Assembly: GCA_010909165.1 (NCBI GenBank)
Contig: VJWM01000044.1
Coordinates: 1,922,001-1,986,000, forward strand
Direction: 5' to 3'
DNA length: 64,000 nt
DNA from: Anthoceros angustus
Taxonomy: Eukaryota > Plantae > Anthocerotophyta
This document shows positions 54,424-64,000 of the stretch, one piece after another (position 1 is the first letter of the stretch; each line of letters starts with the position of its first letter). Below the pieces are notes generated by a model. It worked only from the letters and a program-made list of their open reading frames with translations, ran no database searches and was not told the origin of the DNA. The position numbers were made by a program, and so were the translations under genes.

Positions 54424-57400
54424 TCACGGCGAGCTTTGATGGAGTCTGACAAGGGAAGCATAGGATCCAGCATTTCGCTTGAGAGTGTCGTGGGAACCGA
54501 GCTCCAGGATTTTGCCATCACTGATGACGGCGATGACGTCGGCATTCCTGACTGTAGAAAGGCGATGAGCCACCACGATGGTGGACCTGGCGACCATGAT
54601 CCGCTCCAGAGCCTCCTGCACCAGCTGCTCGGACTCGGAGTCGAGAGCGCTGGTGGCCTCGTCCAGCAGGAGGACCTTGGGGTTCTTGAGGATCACTCTG
54701 GCGATGGCGATGCGCTGCTTCTGGCCGCCGGACAGGTGGCGGCCCCGCTCTCCCGCGGGGGTCTGGTAGCCCTGGGGCAGGCTGGCTACGAAGTTGTGGG
54801 CGTTGGCGGCCCTGGCTGCGGCCTCGATGTCCTCGTCCGCGACTTGGCCCTGCTTCCCGTACGCTATGTTCTCCCGGATGGAGACGTTGAACAGGGCCGG
54901 GTCCTGGCTCACCAGCCCTAGCTGCTGCCTCAGCCATTTCAGCCGCAGCTTCCTGATGTCCACGCCGTCCAGCAGAACGTGGCCCAGGTCGGGGTCGTAG
55001 AACCTCTCCATCAGCGAGATCACTGTGGACTTGCCGCTGCCGCTTTCGCCCACTAGAGCTACTGTCTGGCCAGGGAAGGAAGGATCCGGAGCATGGAGGT
55101 GAGTACGGTCATGGGCAGGTGAGATGCAAGAGAGCATGCAAGGGCAGGTGTTGGAGGAGGCTTACTTGGCCTGGTTTCACTGTGAGGCAGAAATCTTGGA
55201 AGACCTGCACATCTGGGCGGGTCGGGTAGCTGAAGGAGATGTGATGGAACTCGATGTGCCCTTTCACGTCTTTCAAGATGCTCCCTGAGGTGTCGGAGGA
55301 GTCGATTTTGGAGCTCCTGTCCAGTAAGGCGAAGATGGAGTTTGCCGCTGTCTTTGCTCTTGCTATATCAGGGGCCAGCCCCATGGACTGCGCAACACCA
55401 AAGGCCGTGCACACGATGGAGAAGAACACCTGTGCAGCAAGGTGTTTGTGTGTGAGGCAGGTGTGCGAGCACATGACACATGACATGGTGGTGGTGTCAA
55501 GAGTGGTGGTCTTACGGTGAACATTTGGTTGAAAGTGGTCTTCCCTTCCCGCACAAGATGGGCACTCAGCCAGAAGATGAAGGCATTGCAGCCATAGGTG
55601 GAGAAGCTGGAGATGGCAAGACCACTTCCACTGATCAAACCTTGGCGGATACCGCCTGCCAACGGTAGTTTACACTTGCTCTGGTACAGGGAAGACACCT
55701 TGTCCTCAGCACAGAAGGAGGCCACGGTTCTGATGCTACTCACGGCTTCATTCGCCAGTATACTAGCATCCTCGTACATAGCCTGGCATGGCATGAACAT
55801 TAGACCAGGAAGAAGGGGGAGAGGGCAGTCGTTGTGAGCGTGTGGAAGAATGCTACCTTGGAGTCCTTGCTGTGGCCCTTGAGAAGCTTGACTTGCATGT
55901 AGGTGCCGAGGCCCAGAAGGGGCAAGATGGCCAACATGGAGCTGGAGAGCAAGAAGTTGGAGAGAAATGCAATGAGAAGACCTGTGAGCACAGCAGCTGC
56001 ACTTTCCACATAAGTGGACAGAGCATCTCCGACCATGCTTCTCATCCGTGCTGCGTCTTGCGACAGCCGAGCTCCAATGGAACCCCTGCCACCAGCAATG
56101 TAGAGATCGTGACCTGCAAGCCTTGCTGACTAAGGAGGATGGGGAACGGGGAACCTTGTGAGGGAGACTAACCCCGAGCTCTCTTTCTCGTCAAACCAGC
56201 CAACCTCTTGCTGCAGTATCTTCTCGAAGATCAACAACCTGATCCGACGCACAAGTCCATTACCAGCCACGGCGAAGGAAAACATTTGTATGGGACACAC
56301 GAGAAAGTTCCCGCAGGCAAGGACCACCAGCATGATTGCCCAGAAGCTTGCATCCTTCTTCATGTGATGAGGGTCGTTTCCAAAGAAGGAGATTATGAGG
56401 CGGCTGAAAATAAGCCCACACGTCGGCAGCAAAGCGCCATGCACAGCAGCCGCCGCCGAACCTATCACGAACATGGGCGTCTCCGGTCTATTCAAAGCAG
56501 CAAGGCGGAGGAAGTATCTCCTCTTCGGGATGACTGTCGGCCCGGCCTCCAGATCATTGTCAGACGCAAAGTCAGCTTCAGCAGGGATGGCTCTTGGGCA
56601 GCTGCTCAAGATGATGTTGGAGGCACTGTTGGTGCGGGTGTGGCTGTGGGAATGGCTGCTGCTGGTTCTGCTTAACACAACTTCTGCACCAGCCATGGTA
56701 GATTCCGCTTCATCACCGACGTCGTCGTCTCCAGGGGGTTCTTCCTGCACATTTTGATGATGAGCAAGCTGGCTGTAAGCGCCATCACTTTTGCTCAGAA
56801 GCTCAGCATGTGTCCCTGTGCAACCGTGGATGGGAACTCAGCCAAGTGTCCAGTCTGCAACTAGATGGAAGGTTTAGAACAGAGGAAAGGTAGTTACCGA
56901 CCCTGTTCAACGATGGCTCCCTGATGCATCACAGCAATGTGGTCGGCAGTCCTTATGGTGGTGAATCTGTGAGCCACTATCAAGGTAGTGCGGTCGCACA
57001 TGATCCTCTCCAAAGCCTGTTGAACCACCCTCTCGGAAGCAGCATCCAGAGCACTGGTGGCTTCATCCAGGAGCAGGATCCGAGGATTTTTCAAGATCAC
57101 CCTAGCAATTGCTATCCTCTGCTTCTGTCCTCCAGACAGTTGGACTCCATTTTCTCCCACCTGCGTGTTGTAACCCTGCACATAGATTGCTTCTTTCAGG
57201 ACCGGAGCAACAGAAGACAGCATCCATCCCTACCCACGAGTCCACCGAAAACCTACTTGTGGCATTTTGTCGATGAAGGTTGCAGCGTTGGCAAGCCTGG
57301 CCGCAGCCATGATCTCCTCACCGGTGGCGCCATCCTTCCCGTAGGCGATGTTCTCCCCGATGGTAGTCCCGAAGAGAACAGCCTCCTGACTGACCAACCC

Positions 57401-59717
57401 GATCTGCTGGCGCAACCATCCCACTTTCATGGTCTTGATATCGATTCCGTCCAGGAGCACCTCGCCTCCTTGCGGATCGTAGAACCTCTCAATCAGCTGA
57501 ATGATAGTGGACTTGCCGCTGCCACTGCCCCCCACCAAAGCAGCGGTGCGGCCGGCGGGAATCTGAAACGAAAGCTTGGAGAAGACGGCAACCTCAGGCC
57601 GAGCCGGGTACGAAAAGTCCACATCCCGCAAACGGATGTCGCCCCTGACGCTGGCAACCGAGATCCCGGCCGGGTCGGCCGCGTCGATCTCAGGCCTGCG
57701 GTTGATGAGCTCGAAGAGCTTGTAGGCGGCCGCCTGCCCTCCTGCGAAGGTGCTGAAGCAGAGGGACGCCTGGCCCAGGGCGCTGCCCACAACAAGGTCC
57801 TTCAGCTTCAGGTCATGATTCCCGCAGCCCATGGGCAGTGCAATCGCAAATGCAAAGCATTCCCTCCCCTCTGAGGCTCGCTCACCTACCACCGATGACG
57901 ATGGAGAAGAAGACGGTGATGATGGTGCCGCCGGTAGCGCTGCCATTGACAGCCAGCCTGGAGCCGTACCAGAGGGACAGGGCGAAGGAGCCGTAGGCGA
58001 AGAAGCCGACCAGGCCCGCCCCAAAGCCCGACGCCAGGCCCTGCCGCACGCCCACCTTGTACGCCTTCCTCAGCGCCCTGTCGTAGGCGCCCACCGTCCG
58101 CTTCTCGCCCGTGAAGGACATCACCTACAACACCATCTCTGCGACGCTGCAATCAGCTCAACTTCCTGCTGCCCTTGCCCCAGAGCTGCGGATGCTTCAT
58201 AGCTGGCAGAGAGTGCCTACCGTTCTGATGGCCCCGATCACCTCCACCACCACCCTGCCCGCATCGCTGTAGGAGGCCTGCCCGGAGGTGTCGAGCTTGG
58301 AGATCTGCGACGCCGTGGTGGCCCCGAACGTGACGATGAGCGGGATGGTGGCCAGCAGCACCAGGCTCAACTTCCAGCTCTTGGCGAAGGCCAGCACCAT
58401 GCCGCCCACGAATGTGGTCATGTACTCGATCACCTTGCCCACCTGCGCCGGCGTCAGTTAAGTTGGTTAACCTGGTCACCCACCGCCCACCCCAGTCCGG
58501 GGCCTGGGACTCTCCCGTTGTTTACCTTCTCCCCCGTTGCCCTCTGGATGGAGGCCGTGTCCCCGGACATCCTGCCAAGAACCTCCCCACTCGTGAGCTC
58601 CCTGTCGAAGAAGGACACGTCCTGCCGCAGCAGCGCCTTCAGGTACTCGCTCCTGATGCGAGCAGCCTGCCTCTCGCCCGAGCACATCCAAAACGCCACC
58701 TCTGCATTCCACCCTCCACACCATCATCCAACGTGTCTACCTCATAGACTCTGAAGCCCTAAGAGCGAAATACGAGGACATGGGCATACCACAATATCCG
58801 CCTATTGCAGCTGCCATGGCCACAAACACGTAGTGCACAGTTGCCTGCACCGCACGACGTGGAGCAATTCCATCGAGTTCAGCTTAAAGGAATCATGTTG
58901 CAACACACAACAACACTCCACCCAGGGATGGCCGACCTTGCTTACATACCTTGGAGATTTTTGCGACCAGGGCATGGCCGTCGATGGGGGTCTTGGCCTT
59001 GACGTCCCCGAAGGCGTCGGTGACGGTCCCGAACACGAGCACCACCATGATCTGGCTGAGCCCGTTGATGACAGCCCCGGCGGATCCCAAGGCCATGAGC
59101 GCGAAATCCAGGCTGTCTGCGAAGGCGAACAAGCGGTAGAAGGGGGCGGAGCCAGAAGAAGGTGCGGCCTCGGGCTTGGACGCCGGCCGCTTCGGGGCGG
59201 CCACGTCGTGCAAGCCGGGGAAGGGGCCATTCAGAGTGCTCAGAGCCAGGCCCAGCGCTCCCAAAAGCTTGCTTTTGGGGGACTTGGCAGAATTGATGCC
59301 CTCGCCATCGGATGCGGCATCCGTTTGCAGCAGCACCGGCTTGATGGACCGGATCTCGCTCAACACCTGCTCCACCAGCGGGGTGTGCGAGATTTCGATG
59401 TCGATGAAGCTGCCGTTTGCAGTGTCGGTGTCGTCCCCACTGTTGCTGTTGGAACAAGAGCCATGCTCCTGCTGCTGTCCCTCCTCCCTCGGCTTCCTGC
59501 AACTGTCCAGGACCAGAGCGTCTTCTCCTCCTGCGACCTCTTCGTCGGGCTTCCTGCAACTGTCCACAACCAGCGCGTCTTCTGCTACTGCAACGTCCTC
59601 GTCGGCCAGAGGCTGCGATTCCGCTGCAGCAGCGTCCTGCTCGATGTGGGTATCGAGGATCAAAGCTTGAATGCTGCTGTCGTCACGCTCGGCACCAGCC
59701 CCATTACCATCATTCAT
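54424..59717 (-). CDS. ABCB: Full-size ABCB (P-glycoprotein/MDR) transporter, multi-exon
   Basis: [14 protein letters not shown] start; two NBDs with [12 protein letters not shown] / [41 protein letters not shown]; plant ABCB4/11/21-like TMD2 ([22 protein letters not shown]). Start MNDGNG is tentative. Confidence 0.93.
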
Positions 59718-60195
59718 CTTCCTTAGGCGGAGGGATCCGAGAAGCACTACAAAATGCGCATCCTCACAGGCACGGGCATTCCGGCGATGGTGCGGCAAGG
59801 GATCAATGCCGCTTGCGGGGCGGGGTGGCGGGTAGCAATTCCGGAGCCGGCTGACGCTTCACGAGCGAGAAGAGGGATTCCAGGATGAGGTACAGCATGG
59901 AGACAACGGACATGGTGCAGAGAATGTAGGTGAGCAGATCCGTTGAAGTCCATTCCATCTCTTGTGCCACCATTGTTGCTCACCACCACCTCCTTGAGAA
60001 GCGTAGCGACATATCCGTCGCCCTCCCTACGGCTTTGCTTCGGCCTAACTGAATCCTTCCGGAAGACGCATGCCACCTGGCTCTCGTTAACGGGCAGGGC
60101 ACTTCAGAAACGTGTTCCATAACAAACGGTAAATGGCAAGAAGTGCGTGGGTACCGTTTCTCCGATCACAAACCCATGTAAGCGGTGGATGGCTA

Positions 60196-62421
60196 TCATA
60201 CAGAAGTCCAATGCCTGAACTTGCAAATTCCTCGCCGTTTCTCTGCAAAGCAGTCGCGTACAGATTGCAACATGGCAGCCACTGCCGGAACCCTGGACAG
60301 CTCTTCACGGGAACCCTGCGCACTCACAAGGGTTGCACATAGCGTTAGAATTTGTGGGTTGTTTGTTTGCATAAAGATCCGAGAGATCTGTATTCCTACC
60401 AGATCTGAGAGTCGTTCCTCCAGGCCGCCAGCGTCAGGACTGCTGTTCATGAAAAGTTTGATGTATGCGCTTCTAATGGATCGGACCTGCGATGAACCTC
60501 CAAAGTTCAGAAGACCACACTTTCAGGCAAACGGCTGTAACTCATGGTGAAGGGAGGTCTCACCTCCGTATCTGAGAAGCCACATCGTCTGAGACCCTCC
60601 AGGTTCAGTCCACGTAACTCGGCTCTGTCTCCTGCCACCATCATGTACATCGGTACGTCCCGATCAACCTGAAACAAGCCTCAACCTTCAGACATCGGAG
60701 CCACTTGCTTCTGAAGCAAAACACTGACAACCATTCAACAGGTACGACCGATAAAGCAGCTACTGCACCATGGAGCCACCGGCCAAAAAAGAGTACGACG
60801 CTATGTGACAGAATTGATGCACAGCCACAGCTCCGCCTGTGTGGACAAAATCCTGCACTTGAAAGCGAATCAACCGTGATTCAGATTTCGTCACTCGTTA
60901 CTTTCCGTAATCGAAAGTTCGGCAGCTCAGTTTAAGAAGCAGACCTCCAGCACAACGTGGCCACCTAAGAGAGTGCCGTTGGCTAGGATGTTCCGGTTAC
61001 CCATTTTGCAATCGTGAGCAATGTGTGAGGTCCCCATGATAAGGTTGTCACTCCCGATTATCTGCGAGCCGTGAATGTGGTCACCCTCACCCGTCCACAA
61101 TACCAAGCGAGATCGATGACCGAAAAAGGGATTGGTTCACTTACTGTGGAGTCATTTGGTTTGGAAGAACGATGTATACTGACATACTCTCTGACATCAT
61201 TGTTGTGTCCCATAATCAGAGAGCAGTCATCACCTTCCTGCATAGTAAACAGCCTTTCGATGAGCAGAGACCAGCATAGGCCCAGCGACAGTCTCAAAAC
61301 CCTTTCCGGACAACTCCTGCATAAATCCCAAACAGAAAAAAGAAAAATATCTTCGGTGTTTCAGCAGCTTCATCCTGGAGGTGATCAAGACTTCTAGGAA
61401 ACCATATGTACAGCCGTTCCAGAGCTGATCAGAAACTGCAACCCTGGACGATCCAAATGTAGACCACAACACCTGCCTCACCTTATACTTCAAGTCCTGG
61501 CATTTGACGCCAACCACAGCATGATAGCCAATGGAGTTGTTGTTACCAATGAGCGTATGACCAGGAATATCTGCACCAACAACAGCACCACTGACATACA
61601 GCATTGGAAACCAGGTTACATAAGTAAGCGAGCCAGACTGACTTCAGAGCCAGGTTGAGAGCAATGGCAGTGCCATCACAGATAACAAACAGCATCCAAC
61701 GGCTGCTGGACGGATTGCTCACCAATATGCCACTTACGTGTATATCACACACCGCTCCCCAAGCTCCGTCTCCCCAAAAATGTGACTGTTAGCGTGCATA
61801 ACGCATCCATCTCCAAGCCTGGCCCCAGGCCCCACTGTACAGAACGGTCCTACCACAACTCCCTGCATCCAAACCGACATCCTCATCAGCCACAACAATG
61901 CCGTCAGCAGCAAAATCGCAGCACCACGAAAATGCCAGACCCAACCTGCCCCAAAATGGCATCCGGATGCACAATTGCTGTAGGGTGAATGTCTGGTCGT
62001 CCCGGAAGCAGGCTGGTTGCTGCGTGACAGATCACCCCCGAGTCCTTGGACGAAGGATTCTGCCTCCGCCTCTCAGCAACCTCACCTTCCCTGCTCTCGG
62101 GCACGTCGGCGTCTGAAATACTCCGACATCCAGCCCGGTCAGTACACCCACCTCCACACTGCAATGCGCAACCATGCCTACACTCCAAATCCAGCTCTCA
62201 CCAGCTGATGCCCGCGCCCCCCGCCAAAGCCTGCCGGACACCAGCCTGCTGCTGCCAGTGCTACAGCTCCTTGGCGCAGCAGCGTCGAGCCGAATCCAGT
62301 ACTTCCGGAACAACACCACCAACGGCCTGGCCCTGGCGCAGCCGTGGCCCTCGCTCACCTGGTGCTTCCCTGCCAAAATCCTGGCCAAGCTGCGATTCGG
62401 CGCGCAGCACGCGCCCGACAT
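60196..62421 (-). CDS. LPXA: UDP-N-acetylglucosamine O-acyltransferase (hexapeptide-repeat), organellar, multi-exon
   Basis: [97 protein letters not shown]. The 5' (transit peptide) exons are uncertain. Confidence 0.88.
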
Positions 62422-63081
62422 TGCGCCGGCTCCCGCCTCTGCACGCCAGGCTTCAAGCTGAGCCAAATCAGCCGCAGCAGTCGAGTGCCACAAGGTTTCT
62501 GAGCGGCAATTTCAGGCTCCCATGCATTCGAATGAGACCAGCTCGCTCTTCGCAGATCCGAGACGATAGTGTAGTGTTTTAGGGCTCCAGTCGACGGAGC
62601 GTGATTCGAGCTGGCGAGCAGCTTTGGCGTGGTATGCATGTAGATCTCGGACATGGTAGACAGCGCCATGGTGCTGTTCTTGACTGGTACCACATGTTCG
62701 TGCGGGGACGAGTGCAGAACCAGTAGAAATGAGGAGAGGCAGTGGCGTGGGCGGCGGCTGGGCGGCCTTGATCCTCCGTGACCGCAATTCCAGTCCACTG
62801 AGATGTCTCGAGCAATGGTTGAGACGTGGGTCCTCCGTCTGCCCCGCTGTGGAGCAGTGGAATTGTGCGGCTGGTCCCCGTGAGTACTGGGTGCTCTTGT
62901 GATGGTATTGCAGGTGTTGCCGGCTCTCAAATTCTCACGTTTGCCGGCTTGCAGTGCAGCCAGGTGCACGGCAGGCTTTGGGGGACAGGGTTGTGGGCAA
63001 GCGCTCAAAGTGGGGCAGCACGCTGGATGAGGTGATCCATGCGCCTTCGAATTTGTTCTGTTATGGAGTTGCGTAGGCTTC

Positions 63082-64000
63082 ATGGGATCTGAGGCGGTGC
63101 GTGAATCTGTGCAGACGGGGAATTGGAATGGTTATTTCGCGGATTTCATTCGGAGCACAGAAAGGGACTCCATGTGGATTGGGTCGGAAAATGCAGGAAG
63201 CTTGCTGGTGTCACGAATTGCTGGACTCGGGGCATTCCATCGGCCTGGTTTCGACCCTGGAGGGTTGCGAGAGGGCTCTGGCAGGTTTTCTTCCAGCTTC
63301 TTGTTTCTTCGTAATTTTCGCCAGCTGTGGTGTGTTGTAGCATGAGTGGAAGGAAAGGCTGGCTTAACTCGACGGCTCTCACCATTGCAGGGAGGCCATT
63401 GAGGAAGAAGTGTTAGTGATTGGAGCTTGGAATGAACTGTGCGAGGAGAGGGGGCTGTATTGGGCCGTTGAAGTGTTGGACCTCCTGGTTCAGCGATTCG
63501 GATCTCAAGTTCCTGCGTCTTTTTTCTACTGTGTTCTCAAAGGGTGCATCGCGCAGAAGGATTTGGCTGTTGGCAAGCGTGTGCATGCTCTTGCTCTTAC
63601 TAGTGGGTATGAGTCAAATAGTTTCTTGGCCAACCATATTATCCGGATGTACGCTTCCCATGGCAAACTGGAGGAGGCAATGCTAGTGTTTGATAGGGTG
63701 GCTGTGCCCAGCATTTTTATGTGGTTTTCAGTTATATCAGCACATGCTGAGCAGGGACTTGCAGCACAAGCCCTCGAACTATATGGACGGATGCAACAGG
63801 CGTCTGTGAAGCCGAATAACTACGTGTTTGTGGCGGTCCTTAAGGCATGTGTGAACGCACGAGATTTGGCATCTGGCAAGAAAGTGCATGCTGATGTCTT
63901 GGGACAGTTGCTTGAGGCCAACGTTTTTGTCGGCAGCAGCCTAGTGGACATGTATGTCAAATGTGGTAGCTTAGAGGATGCTCAGACTGTGTTTGACAGA
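63082..64000 (+). CDS. PLS-class pentatricopeptide repeat protein, 5' part (runs off the window)
   Basis: Frame from 63391: GKRVHALA...NHIIRMYASHGKLEEAMLVFD...MWFSVISAHAEQG..AQALELYGRMQQASVKPNNYVFVAVLKAC...LVDMYVKCGSLEDAQTVFD. Putative first exon 63082-63329 and intron 63330-63390 are tentative. Confidence 0.88.

Noticed and set aside
62355-63083. 242-aa minus ORF containing GSRPPS, considered as an EPF/EPFL-like peptide
   Set aside because: It lacks the conserved cysteine scaffold in frame and lies in a GC-rich divergent promoter region.

Overview
Eukaryotic nuclear DNA from a gene-dense, short-intron, seed-free land plant. The evidence is a heterotrimeric-type kinesin-2 (motile sperm), a HIP-class aquaporin and a PLS-class PPR gene; the exact lineage (hornwort, lycophyte or fern) cannot be fixed from the sequence. 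Apparently intact spliced genes: two SRPBCC/polyketide-cyclase-like genes, a DHX16/Prp2-type DEAH helicase, tRNA deaminase TAD2, HIP aquaporin, cytosolic fructose-bisphosphate aldolase next to a tRNA-Glu(UUC), an ankyrin-RCC1 (IBTK-like) gene, an unrecognised 6-exon ~544-aa gene, kinesin-2, an ABCB transporter, LpxA and the start of a PPR gene. The left half is shaped by two old tandem segmental duplications, each resolved by reciprocal gene loss: SRPBCC-X vs SRPBCC-Y with a truncated helicase, and TAD2 vs aldolase/tRNA. It also holds a nest of decayed transposons (Harbinger nuclease plus Myb/SANT, Ty1/copia, an AT-hook/HTH ORF). The most unusual items are a 427-codon intronless ORF inside a kinesin-2 intron, which could be a nested gene or an in-frame alternative last exon, and the orphan 6-exon gene head-to-head with the kinesin. 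Exon boundaries were read by eye and not confirmed with transcripts. No CRISPR or prokaryotic features are supported.
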